Shown one piece after another: positions 24,209 through 33,543 of a stretch of DNA of 64,000 bases. Made by a program: the position numbers and the translations under genes. Under the pieces are notes generated by a model. The model saw only the letters and a program-made list of their open reading frames with translations. It was not told where the DNA came from and made no database searches. This stretch comes from Anaeromyxobacter sp. (GTDB taxonomy: Bacteria > Myxococcota > Myxococcia > Myxococcales > Anaeromyxobacteraceae): contig JASGJN010000013.1 in assembly GCA_049840735.1 (NCBI GenBank), positions 480,001 to 544,000 of the forward strand. Direction: 5' to 3'. The first letter of the stretch is position 1, and each line of letters starts with the position of its first letter.

Positions 24209-25633
24209 GTGGCCACGCGCGAAGACCGGAACGGCTGCGCCCTGCAGGGCGCGCTGGAGCTCCTCGAGGCGGTGGAGGGCGCCGTGCCCATCCTGCACGC
24301 CAGCGCCGGCTGCGGCGTGGGCGGCCGCCTGGCGGCGCAGGCCGCGGCCGGCGGCCTGGGCGGGCTCTCCCCCGGCGGCGCCGCGGTCAGCAGCACGCTG
24401 CTCCAGGAGAAGCAGGTGGTGTTCGGCGGCACCTCGCGGCTGCGCGAGCAGATCAAGAACACGCTGAAGGTGGAGGCCGGCGAGCTGTACGTGGTGCTGT
24501 CCGGCTGCGTGCCGGAGATCGTCGGCGACGACGTCCCGGCCATGGTGAAGGAGGCCCGGGAGCAGCAGTTCCCGGTGCTCGGGATCGCGGCGCCCGGCTT
24601 CAAGGGGCACGCGTGGGCGGGCTACTCCCTGGCGGCCCGCGCGCTGCTGGAGCAGCTCCCGGGCCTCCTCTCCCCAGCCGCCGCGGACCCCGCGCATTCA
24701 CCTGACGTGAACCTGCTGGGCCTGGTGCCGGGCCATGACGTGGGCTGGGACGGCGACCTGCTGGAGCTGGAGGCGGCCCTGGGAGAGCTGGGGCTCCGCG
24801 CCAACCGGCTGGTGGGACTGGACCAGGGGCTCGACGCCTGGCGCGCGGCGCCCCGCGCCCGGGCCAGCCTGGTCCTGTCGCCCTGGGGGCTGGAGCCGGC
24901 GCGCGCCCTGGAGGCGGCGCACGGCGTCCCGGTGGTCGAGCTGGGCTGGCTGCCGGTGGGCAGCCGGGATCTCGGCCTGGCGCTGGCGCGGGTGGGCGCG
25001 GAGCTGCGGCTCCCGCCGGAGCAGGTGGTGGCCGCCGCCGAGCGGCTCGACGGCCGCCTGCGCCAGCTCTTGCTGCGCGCCGGTCCCAGCCTCCTGCTGG
25101 GCGGCGTCCAGCTGCGCGGCGCGGTGGTGGCGCCGAGCGCCGCCGCGGTGGGCTTGGCCCGCTTCCTGGCCGGCATCCTGGGCCAGGAGCTCGAGGCGGT
25201 GATCCTCACCGACGAGCCGCCCGAGGCGGTGCGGGCCGCCCAGGTCGAGGCCGTCCGCCAGGCCGCCGGGCCGGCCACCCGCGTCGAGTTCCTCGCCGGG
25301 TTGGCCCAGATTGAGGCCGCCCTCCGCGCGGCCGCGCCCGAGCTGGTGCTGGGCTCCGGCCTGGAAGCGCCCCTGGCGCGCGAGCTGGGGGCCGCCTTCG
25401 TCGAGCTGGCCGCCCCGCTGCGGGAGCGGACCGTCCTGCTCCGCGGCCACGCCGGCGTGGGCGGGGCCGCCGCGCTGCTCGAGCAGCTCCTCCCGGCCGT
25501 CCGGCGCGCGCGCCGGGCGCCGGGCCCCCAGGCGCTCCGGCCCGCCGCCGGAGGCGTCGATCCCCGACCGCACGGGCGAGGTGCCCGCGCCGTCACCCCG
25601 CTGCGCAGCCCCGCGCAGCTCCACCGCAGGTGA
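24209..25633 (+). CDS. Nitrogenase component-1 beta-like (NifK/N-like) subunit
   Basis: GCALQGA, PILHASAGC, EKQVVFGG, LSGCVPEIVGDD, PGFKG. Confidence 0.88.
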   Translation: MATREDRNGCALQGALELLEAVEGAVPILHASAGCGVGGRLAAQAAAGGLGGLSPGGAAVSSTLLQEKQVVFGGTSRLREQIKNTLKVEAGELYVVLSGCVPEIVGDDVPAMVKEAREQQFPVLGIAAPGFKGHAWAGYSLAARALLEQLPGLLSPAAADPAHSPDVNLLGLVPGHDVGWDGDLLELEAALGELGLRANRLVGLDQGLDAWRAAPRARASLVLSPWGLEPARALEAAHGVPVVELGWLPVGSRDLGLALARVGAELRLPPEQVVAAAERLDGRLRQLLLRAGPSLLLGGVQLRGAVVAPSAAAVGLARFLAGILGQELEAVILTDEPPEAVRAAQVEAVRQAAGPATRVEFLAGLAQIEAALRAAAPELVLGSGLEAPLARELGAAFVELAAPLRERTVLLRGHAGVGGAAALLEQLLPAVRRARRAPGPQALRPAAGGVDPRPHGRGARAVTPLRSPAQLHRR

Positions 25634-25644
25634 AGGAGAAGACC

Positions 25645-26883
25645 ATGTCCACCCTCAAGGAACGCCAGTACCAGGAGCTCGAGCAGAAGGCCCACCTCTC
25701 GCAGGAGGGCGTCACCTTCGACCCCGCCGTCTTCCAGCACCTGCCGGTGGGCAGCGAGCTGCAGGAGCAGGTCCATACACTGTTCGAGTACGACACCGAC
25801 ACCCACGTCGGCCTGGAGCTGCCGCCCTACCTGGTGCTGCCCCACGGCCTGACCGCCATCTTCAACTACAACCGGCGGTCGCCGAACCGGCTGGAGCGGG
25901 ACGGCAAGCGCTTCTACCTGGTGCGGCGCGACGGCGACGCCGTCCCGCTCGACTTCGTGAGGCGCCCGGCCTACTACGGCCGGAAGACCTCCGACGGCAC
26001 GCCCATGCGCACGGTGGCGGTCCACAACACGCTGGACGTGGTCTTCGTCGCGTACTCCAACGAGTGCTCGCTCAAGTCCACCGGCAAGGACTGCCTCTTC
26101 TGCAACATCAACGCCACGCGCGACACCTACGGCGAGGCCGACGGCGTGCGCTGGAAGTACCCGGGGCAGATTGGCGAGACCGTGGCGGCCGCCTATGCCG
26201 AGGGGGCGAAGCACGTGACCATCAGCGGCGGCTTCGTGCCGGAGCGCCGCGAGGTGGACTACTACCTGGACGTGGCCGAGAGCATCAAGCAGCACACCGG
26301 CCTGGCCGACTTCAACGGCACCGCCTGCATCGGCGCCCCGCAGGACCTCTCCATCATCGAGAAGTACCGCGAGGTGGGCTACCGCACGCTGGCCATCAAC
26401 ATCGAGGTCTGGAACGAGCACTTCTTCCGCGCCTACTGCCCCGGCAAGGAGGAGCTGTGCGGCGGGCAGAAGCACTGGATCAAGGCGCTGGAGAAGGCGG
26501 TCGAGGTCTTCGGGCGCGGGCGGGTCCGCTCCAACATGGTGGGCGGCCTGGAGTCCAAGGCCTCCACGCTGGAGGGGATTGAGGCGCTGGTCTCGCGCGG
26601 CGTCATCGCCATCTCGCCCGGCTGGTTCCCGAACCCGGGCTCGGCGCTGGAGGGCCACCGCTCCCCCGAGCCGGCCTGGCACCTCGACGTGGCGCGCAAG
26701 ACCGCCGCCATCTACCGGAAGGCCGGCTTCAGCTGGGACCAGATCTACGACGCCAACGCCGCGCCCATCACGCTGGTGCACGACATCTACCGCATCGAGG
26801 AGGGCCGCCTGCCGGCGCCGCGCACCGCGCCGGCCGAGCGCGCCGCCAACCCGCTTGCGGCGCAGGTCGAGGTGGCGCCGTGA
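25645..26883 (+). CDS. Radical SAM protein with atypical CX8CX2C motif
   Basis: CSLKSTGKDCLFC, TISGG, AINIEVW..F..YCPGK, SNMVGGLE; AAGGAG RBS. Confidence 0.82.
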   Translation: MSTLKERQYQELEQKAHLSQEGVTFDPAVFQHLPVGSELQEQVHTLFEYDTDTHVGLELPPYLVLPHGLTAIFNYNRRSPNRLERDGKRFYLVRRDGDAVPLDFVRRPAYYGRKTSDGTPMRTVAVHNTLDVVFVAYSNECSLKSTGKDCLFCNINATRDTYGEADGVRWKYPGQIGETVAAAYAEGAKHVTISGGFVPERREVDYYLDVAESIKQHTGLADFNGTACIGAPQDLSIIEKYREVGYRTLAINIEVWNEHFFRAYCPGKEELCGGQKHWIKALEKAVEVFGRGRVRSNMVGGLESKASTLEGIEALVSRGVIAISPGWFPNPGSALEGHRSPEPAWHLDVARKTAAIYRKAGFSWDQIYDANAAPITLVHDIYRIEEGRLPAPRTAPAERAANPLAAQVEVAP

Positions 26884-27671
26884 GCGCCGCCTCGCAGCGC
26901 GGCCCGGTGGTGATCACCGGCGGCTCGAGCGGCATCGGCGCGGCCACGGCCCGCCAGGTGGCCGCCCGCGGCTGGCCTGTGGTGGTGACCTACCGGAGCC
27001 AGCGCGCGGCGGCCGAGGCGCTGGTGACGGAGCTGCGGGCCGGCGGAGCGGAGGCGCACGCGGTCGAGGCGGACGTGGCCCGCGAGGCCGACGTGGTCCG
27101 GCTCTTCGAGGCGGTCGACCAGCTCTTCCCCGGCCGGCCGCTGGCCGGCCTGGTCAACAGCGCCGGCGTCGGCCACCCCCAGGGCGCCGTCGCGACCTTC
27201 ACCGCGGACGGGCTGGCGGCGCTCTGGGCCACCAACGTCACCGCCACCATCGTGGCCAGCCGGGAGGCCATCCGGCGTTTCGAGGGCACCTCGGGCGGCG
27301 CCATCGTCAACGTCTCCTCGATGGCCGCCACCATCGGCGGGCGCCCCGGCGCCTCGGCCTACGCCGCCTCCAAGGCGGCGGTGGACGCCTTCACGGTGGG
27401 GCTGGCCAAGGAGGTGGCGGCGCGGGGGATCCGGGTCAACGCGGTCCGCCCCGGCTACACGGTCACCGCCATGACCCGGCGCGTGACGGAGGACCCCCAG
27501 GCCCTGGCCCAGGTGTCCGCCACCATCCCCCTCCAGCGGCCGGCCACCGCGGACGAGGTCGCCCGGCCCATCGCCTGGCTGCTCTCGGAGGAGGCCTCGT
27601 TCGTCACCGGCGCGCGCCTGGACGTGTCCGGCGGCGGCTTCCTGGTGGGTGGCTTCCCCGCGGAGCGGTGA
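26880..27671 (+). CDS. SDR-family oxidoreductase
   Basis: TGGSSGIG, NVSS, YAASK, RVNAVRPG. Confidence 0.95.
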   Translation: MSAASQRGPVVITGGSSGIGAATARQVAARGWPVVVTYRSQRAAAEALVTELRAGGAEAHAVEADVAREADVVRLFEAVDQLFPGRPLAGLVNSAGVGHPQGAVATFTADGLAALWATNVTATIVASREAIRRFEGTSGGAIVNVSSMAATIGGRPGASAYAASKAAVDAFTVGLAKEVAARGIRVNAVRPGYTVTAMTRRVTEDPQALAQVSATIPLQRPATADEVARPIAWLLSEEASFVTGARLDVSGGGFLVGGFPAER

Positions 27672-27740
27672 GCGCTCCCGCGCCAGCCGCCCGGCGCCGG
27701 CCGGCCTGCGCCCGCGGGCCGGCCGGACCTTGCCAGCGGC

Positions 27741-28868
27741 TCAGCCGTCCTGCCCGCCCCGCTGACCGCCCGGGCGGTGGCGGGCCCAGTCGATCCCCAG
27801 GCGGCGCATGCGCGCCCGCAGCGTGTGCGGGTTCACCCCCAGGAGCGCGGCCGCGCCCTGCCCTCCCTCGATCCGGCCGCTGCAGGCGGCCAGCGCGCGC
27901 TCGATGTGCTCCTTGACGATCACCTCCAGCGGCCGCACCGCCTGCTCCGGCGACAGGACCGGAGCCGGCGCGGCGGGGCCGGGCCCTGCGGGCCCCTGGA
28001 GCTCGGCGAGGCTCGAGCGCGCCAGCGCCCTGGCCACGTCGAGCTGCCGGCCGCCGCCCAGCAGCACGGCGCGGTCGATGACCGCGGCCAGCTCGCGCAC
28101 GTTGCCGGGCCAGGCGTGGGCCTGCAGCAGCGCGACGTCGGCCGGGGACGGTCGCACCGGCGCGCCGAAGAGCCGCCGCCCCGACAGCTCGGCGAAATGG
28201 GTCGCCAGCGCGGCCACGTCCCCGACCCGCTCGCGCAGCGGCGGGAGGCGGATGGGGAAGACCGTCAGGCGGTACCACAGGTCCCTGCGGAAGCTGCCCT
28301 CCTCGACCATGCGGGAGAGGTCGCGGTGGGTGGCGGCGACGATCCGCACGTCCACCGCCTGCGTCCGCTGCCCGCCCACCCGCTCGAAGGTGCCGTCCTG
28401 CAGCACGCGCAGCAGCCGCACCTGCGCGGCCAGCGGCAGCTCGCCCACCTCGTCCAGGAAGAGCGTGCCCCCGTGCGCCCGCTCGAACCAGCCCTTCCGC
28501 GTGGACACCGCCCCGGTGAAGCTGCCGCGCTCGTGGCCGAAGAGCTCGGAGTCGACCAGCTCCGTGGGGATGGCGCCGCAGTTGACGCGCAGGATGGGGC
28601 CGGCGGCCCGCGGCGATCGCTCGTGGATGGCCCTCGCCACCACCTCCTTGCCGGAGCCGGTTTCCCCGAGGATCAGCACCGGGACGTCGGCTGGCGCCGC
28701 GCAGATCACCAGCTCCATCACGGCGCGCAGGCCGCCCTGCTCGCCGACGATCACCGGGCGCTCCGCGCCGCCCGCCGCCTGGCGGGGACCGGCGGGGCGC
28801 TCGGGCGGGCCGGGCTGGTCCTCGGGTTCGGGGTTCGTGGTCACGGCGGTGTCGGTGGTGCGGGTCAT
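27741..28868 (-). CDS. sigma-54-dependent activator (AAA+ and HTH only, no regulatory domain)
   Basis: GETGSGKE, GSFTGA, FLDEVGE, WPGNVREL, HTH GAAALLGVNPHTLRARM; only about 38 low-complexity residues before the AAA+ domain. Confidence 0.9.
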   Translation of the reverse strand: MTRTTDTAVTTNPEPEDQPGPPERPAGPRQAAGGAERPVIVGEQGGLRAVMELVICAAPADVPVLILGETGSGKEVVARAIHERSPRAAGPILRVNCGAIPTELVDSELFGHERGSFTGAVSTRKGWFERAHGGTLFLDEVGELPLAAQVRLLRVLQDGTFERVGGQRTQAVDVRIVAATHRDLSRMVEEGSFRRDLWYRLTVFPIRLPPLRERVGDVAALATHFAELSGRRLFGAPVRPSPADVALLQAHAWPGNVRELAAVIDRAVLLGGGRQLDVARALARSSLAELQGPAGPGPAAPAPVLSPEQAVRPLEVIVKEHIERALAACSGRIEGGQGAAALLGVNPHTLRARMRRLGIDWARHRPGGQRGGQDG

Positions 28869-28910
28869 GCACGGGTTCCTGACGGTACATCCATCGAGGT
28901 CGCATGCTAA

Positions 28911-28924
28911 TCCGTTATAACGGA
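28911..28924. promoter_or_regulatory. Perfect palindrome TCCGTTATAACGGA (candidate operator/UAS)
   Basis: Read directly; AT-rich core in a very GC-rich background. Confidence 0.7.
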
Positions 28925-29062
28925 CGACACAACATGGGCTTGACGGAGCGTGCTTCCCCCGGCGCGAAACCCCTGACGGCGCGGCCATGCAGGCCCGTCG
29001 GCGCAGTGGCTGCGCGCGCACCCGCCGGACGGAACGTCGCGGCCCGCCGGGCGCACGTCGCG

Positions 29063-29076
29063 TCCGTCATAACGGA
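29063..29076. promoter_or_regulatory. Operator copy TCCGTCATAACGGA
   Basis: 13/14 match; 9 nt before the MFS start codon. Confidence 0.65.
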
Positions 29077-29085
29077 TGAGCGCCA

Positions 29086-30294
29086 ATGACGGCCGCGCAC
29101 CTCCCCCCGCGGCCCAGGCTGCCGGCGCTGCTGGCGCTCAACGTGCTGGTGGGCTCCTCCTCCGGCGTCCTCCAGCTGGTGCTGCCGCTGCAGGCCCTGG
29201 CGCTGGGCGCCACGGGCGCGCAGGTCGGGCTCCTCCGCGCCCTGGGCGGCGCGGGCATGCTGATCCTGGTGCTGCCCGTCGGCCTGCTCATCGACCGGCT
29301 GGGACCGCCGCGGGTGCTCCGGACCGGGCTGGTGGCAGGCGCGGCGCTGACCCTGCTGATGGCGCGCGCGCCCGGGCCGGCCGCCCTCATGGCGCTGGCG
29401 GCGCTGGACGGCTGCACCGGCCCGCTGCGCTTCACGTCGCTCCACGCCGGGTTCCTGGCCCATCTCCCCGCGCTCGGCCCGGGCCGGGCCGGCTGGCTCA
29501 AGGGCTCGATCTCCGTCGGCCTGACCTTCGCCGGTCCGCTCGCGGGCGGCCTGCTGGCCCAGGCGGCGGGGTTGCCGGCCGGCTTCGGCGCCGCAGCGGC
29601 GCTGCTCCTCGCCGCCGTGGCGCTGGCCGGACAGCTCGGGCCGGCCGCGCCGCCGGCCGGTCCCCGGTGCCCGCCCGCCCCAGGTGCGCTGCGCGCCATC
29701 ACGGGGGTGGTGGGCGATCGCGCGCTCTGGCCGCTGCTGGGCATCGAGCTGCTCTCCGCCGCCACCTTCACCGGGTTCAGCGCCTTCCTGGTGGTGCGGG
29801 TGGTCCAGGCGCTGCGCGGCGACGCCGCCACCGCGTCGGTCCTCCTCGCCATCGAGGGCACCACCTTCGTGCTCTCCGCCTTCGCCGGCGGCCGGCTGGC
29901 CAGCTCCCCCGTGCTCCTCCGGCGAGCGGCCGGGCTGCTCAACGTGGCCGGGCTCACCGGCACGGCGCTGGCGCGTGACGCCGCCGGGCTGGGCGCGGCG
30001 AGCGCCGTCCTCGGGCTGGGGCTGGGGCTCCTGCCGGTGCTGGTCGCGTGCGGCCTGGCCCGCCACCCGGGCGCCCGGGGTCGCGTGGCCGGGGCCGTCC
30101 AGGCCGCCGCCGGCCTCGGGTTCGTCCTCGGCCCGCTGGCCGCCGCCGCGGCCGCCACCCTGGCCCCCGGCGCCGCCCTGCTGGTCTTCGTCCCCGCCCA
30201 CGCCGCCCTGGCCTGGCCGGCGCGCGGCGCCCGGCCCGGTGTCGCGCCCGCCCCTCCGCAGCAGCCGGCCCCCCTGGAGCAGAACCCCGCGTGA
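29086..30294 (+). CDS. MFS transporter
   Basis: About 12 hydrophobic segments; motif A GLLIDRLGPPR. Confidence 0.8.
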   Translation: MTAAHLPPRPRLPALLALNVLVGSSSGVLQLVLPLQALALGATGAQVGLLRALGGAGMLILVLPVGLLIDRLGPPRVLRTGLVAGAALTLLMARAPGPAALMALAALDGCTGPLRFTSLHAGFLAHLPALGPGRAGWLKGSISVGLTFAGPLAGGLLAQAAGLPAGFGAAAALLLAAVALAGQLGPAAPPAGPRCPPAPGALRAITGVVGDRALWPLLGIELLSAATFTGFSAFLVVRVVQALRGDAATASVLLAIEGTTFVLSAFAGGRLASSPVLLRRAAGLLNVAGLTGTALARDAAGLGAASAVLGLGLGLLPVLVACGLARHPGARGRVAGAVQAAAGLGFVLGPLAAAAAATLAPGAALLVFVPAHAALAWPARGARPGVAPAPPQQPAPLEQNPA

Positions 30295-30401
30295 CGCCGG
30301 CGGGCGGCAGCCCCAGCCGACCTGGCGGGGCCGGCGGGCGTGGCCCGCACCCGAGGCCTGGCCGCGCCGGCGCGCAGCCCCGCGCGCGGCGGCCGGAGCC
30401 G

Positions 30402-30902
30402 CTACTTCACCGCGTGCAGCGCCTTCGCGTAGTCCGGCTCCTGCGCGATCTCCGGCACCTGCTCGGTGTAGACGACCTTGTCCTGCTCGTCGATCACCAC
30501 CACCGCGCGGGAGGTGACGCCGGCCAGCGCGCCGTCCTCGATCCGCACGCCGTAGTTCTTCATGAAGTCCGCGCTGCGGAAGGTGGAGAGCGGGTGGACG
30601 TTGGCGAGCCCCTCGGTGGTGCAGAAGCGCTTGGAGGCGAAGGGCAGGTCGGCCGAGACCACCAGCACCACCGTGTTCGGGAGGCTCGAGGCCTCGGCGT
30701 TGAACTTGCGGGTGGAGGTCTGGCAGACCGGGGTGTCCAGGCTGGGGACGATGTTGAGGATCTTCTTCTTGCCCTTGAAGTCACCCAGGGTGACGTCCTT
30801 GAGGTCGACCGTCGCCAGGGTGAACGCCGGGGCGGACGAGCCGACCTTGGGCAGGTCGCCGGCGGTGTTGATGGGGGTTCCGCGGAGGGTGATCTTGGCC
30901 AT
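30402..30902 (-). CDS. tpx: Thiol peroxidase (atypical 2-Cys peroxiredoxin)
   Basis: [28 protein letters not shown]. Confidence 0.95.
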   Translation of the reverse strand: MAKITLRGTPINTAGDLPKVGSSAPAFTLATVDLKDVTLGDFKGKKKILNIVPSLDTPVCQTSTRKFNAEASSLPNTVVLVVSADLPFASKRFCTTEGLANVHPLSTFRSADFMKNYGVRIEDGALAGVTSRAVVVIDEQDKVVYTEQVPEIAQEPDYAKALHAVK

Positions 30903-31002
30903 GAGGTAAGTGTCTCCTTGCAGGTCCGGCGTATCTAAGCAGGGAAGGAGTCCATCGCCACCCAGATGCGGTGGGTGGCGCCCCGAAGGGGACGGATTGC
31001 CC

Positions 31003-33117
31003 TCAGGCCACCGCGAGGCCGCGCAGCAGCGGCGAAGGCGTGCCGGGGCAGGCGATCCAGAGCTGGTGCGCGGCGCGGGTGACGGCCACGTGCAGCCGCC
31101 GGCGGGCCTCGTCGGCGTCCGGGTAGGCGCGGGAGGACGCGTCCGGGATGACCACGTAGTCGAACTCGAGCCCCTTCACGCTGGCCACGTCGGTCACGTC
31201 CACGCCGGGCCGGAAGCTGAACGCGCCGTCGAGCGCCAGGCGCGCCTCGGGCAGGTCGGCCAGCAGCCGGTGGATGGAGCGCGCCACCTCGGGCGTGTGG
31301 CAGACCACCGCCACCGAGGCCTGCGGCTCGCGCTCGAGCAGGTCGCGCACCGCGCCGGCCATGAAGAGCAGCGCGTGGGCCTCGGTGGGGAAGTCGAAGC
31401 GGGCCACCGGAACGCCCTCGCGCCCGGCGCGCGGCGGCTGGGGCGGCGCGATGGGGCCGAGCACGGCGTGGGCCAGCTCGGCGATGGGGCGCGGGCAGCG
31501 GTAGGTGGTCTCGAGCCGGACGGTGGCGGCCTCGGGCACGCCCAGCGCCGACAGCGCCTCGGCCCAGCCGGCGTAGGACGAGAAGGTCTGCTGGCTCTCG
31601 TCGCCGGCCAGGGTGACGCTGGTGCCGGCCAGGTTGCGGCCCAGCACGAAGAGCTCGAAGAGCGAGACGTCCTCGGCCTCGTCGATCACCAGGTGCGAGA
31701 GCTTCCTGCCGCTGGGGCCGCCGCGCAGCGCCGCCAGGAAGAGCAGGATGGGCAGGTCCTCCAGGTCGAGGGTGCCGGCCACCTCCTCCGGCGTGTCCTC
31801 GTCGAGCCCCTTGCCGTCCAGCGTCTCGCGCCGGTCCGGGTCGATGCCGGCCAGCAGCTCGTCCTGCGGCGTGGAGAGCTGCAGCCGCGTGTGGCGCACC
31901 GTCTCCTCGATGGCGGTGGTGGGCAGGTCGCCCGCCGCCCCCTTCACCACGTGCTCGAGGAAGGCGCGGTCCACGAAGAGGTCGCCCAGCTCGCGGCGGG
32001 CCTGCAGCAGCGTGGGGCGGTGGCGCGCCACGTGCGGCCGGCGGCGGAGGACCTCGAAGAGCGCCGGGTGGCGCTTGAGGCGGCCGACCAGCGGCGGCGT
32101 GTCGGTGAAGAGGCGCGGCGGCGGGGCGCCGAACGCGCTCTGGAAGGCGCCGCGGGCCCAGAGGTCGAGGGTGCGGACCGGTGGCTTCTCCAGGCCCAGC
32201 GGCTCCAGCAGCCGCGCCGCGAGGCGGGCCAGCCCCTGCTCCGGCACCACCACCTGCAGCCGCCCGGGCGGGAAGCGCTTCGGGTCCTCGAAGGCGATGC
32301 GCGCCAGCCGGTGCAGCGCCACGGTGGTCTTGCCGCTGCCGGCGCTGCCCAGCACCAGCAGCGGGCGATCCGGCGGGGCCGAGACGGCCTCGAACTGCTC
32401 GGGGTCGAGCAGCGCCGTGACCTCCGGCGCCGCGGCCTGGCCGCGCGTCCCGGCCCCGGTCCCCAGGGCCCCGGCCCGCGCCGCGCTCCCGGCGCCGCCG
32501 CCCAGGGACGCCGAGACGGCCGCCACCGCGCGCCAGCGGCCGTCCGGCGCGCGCACCAGCGCCCGCGCGCCGTCGCTGACCCGGGTGAGCACGCCGCGCT
32601 CCACCACCACCACGCGCCGGGCCAGCACCAGCCCCTCCGCCACCCGCCCCGGGAACGGCTCCTCGTACTCCTCGCCCTCGCGGTAGCGGTAGAAGATCCC
32701 GGCCACAGGGGCGTAGCGCCAGTCCACCACCCGCACGCCGCCGGCCCGGTCCACGAAGGTGTGCCGGCCCAGGCAGTAGTCGCGCTCCTCGGCGCCCTCG
32801 CGGATGCGCAGGTGGGCGAAGTAGGGCGCGGCCGGGTCGGGCAGCTGGTCCGGGCGCACCCGGTCCATCACCGCGCGGACCAGCCCCATCTCCTGGAAGA
32901 CGGTGGGCAGGTCCTTGGGGGTGGCCTCCAGCGCCTCCTCGCGCAGCTCGCGCAGGCGCCCCACCAGGTCCCCCTCGCCGCGCAGCGCCGCGCGCCGTGC
33001 CAGGAGCGCCTGCTGCACGGCCGCCAGCAGGGCCTGCTCCTCCTCGACCAGGCGGCGCTCGTCGGGCGCGAGCTCGGCCAGGGTGGCGTCGGCGGAGGTG
33101 GTGGGCGGCTGGAGCAA
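31003..33117 (-). CDS. HelD/UvrD-like superfamily 1 helicase
   Basis: [59 protein letters not shown] start with GAGG RBS. Confidence 0.85.
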   Translation of the reverse strand: MLQPPTTSADATLAELAPDERRLVEEEQALLAAVQQALLARRAALRGEGDLVGRLRELREEALEATPKDLPTVFQEMGLVRAVMDRVRPDQLPDPAAPYFAHLRIREGAEERDYCLGRHTFVDRAGGVRVVDWRYAPVAGIFYRYREGEEYEEPFPGRVAEGLVLARRVVVVERGVLTRVSDGARALVRAPDGRWRAVAAVSASLGGGAGSAARAGALGTGAGTRGQAAAPEVTALLDPEQFEAVSAPPDRPLLVLGSAGSGKTTVALHRLARIAFEDPKRFPPGRLQVVVPEQGLARLAARLLEPLGLEKPPVRTLDLWARGAFQSAFGAPPPRLFTDTPPLVGRLKRHPALFEVLRRRPHVARHRPTLLQARRELGDLFVDRAFLEHVVKGAAGDLPTTAIEETVRHTRLQLSTPQDELLAGIDPDRRETLDGKGLDEDTPEEVAGTLDLEDLPILLFLAALRGGPSGRKLSHLVIDEAEDVSLFELFVLGRNLAGTSVTLAGDESQQTFSSYAGWAEALSALGVPEAATVRLETTYRCPRPIAELAHAVLGPIAPPQPPRAGREGVPVARFDFPTEAHALLFMAGAVRDLLEREPQASVAVVCHTPEVARSIHRLLADLPEARLALDGAFSFRPGVDVTDVASVKGLEFDYVVIPDASSRAYPDADEARRRLHVAVTRAAHQLWIACPGTPSPLLRGLAVA

Positions 33118-33543
33118 GGTGGTTCCTCTACGGTGCGACCTGCGCCCCCGGGCTGCGGGCGTGGAAAAGCGCGGATGGTAACCGGCCTCGCCCCGGGTTG
33201 CCGCAGGAATCGATGCGGCCAGGCCGGCGGCCACGCGGGCGGCCGCACGCCGGCGGAGCGGGGCGTCAACGGTCGCCGTCCCGCCCGGCGACCCGCCCAC
33301 GGGGCATCCCGAGTGCGTGCGGCGCCGCCCGGGCGTTCCGCTTATCAAGCCGACACGGGCTGCCGGGTCACGGCGGCGGCCCCGGACCGGCGCACCGGAC
33401 GGCGCGGTGACCGGCCCGCAGTCGCGCCGCGCGGCGGTCGGCGAGAAGCCTCTCCCGCCCCCGCTGCGCGGCGTCCTGCCCCTGCCCGCGCGAGCCGCCC
33501 CGGGGGGCGAGCGGTGCGCGGCGAGTCCTGCTACCTTGAGCGG

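Noticed and set aside
21918..25633. Bona fide nitrogenase nifHDK
   Set aside because: The alpha subunit lacks two of three P-cluster Cys and both FeMoco ligands; no nifENB in the window; the context is sulfur transport.
28999..29014. sigma-54 promoter for the MFS gene (CGGCGCAGTGGCTGCG)
   Set aside because: Correct GG-N10-GC spacing but too weak a match in GC-rich DNA.
33335..33420. CTTATCAAG resembling the start of a SAM-I riboswitch, or a Moco riboswitch before moaA
   Set aside because: Downstream conserved elements are absent; no supportable structure.
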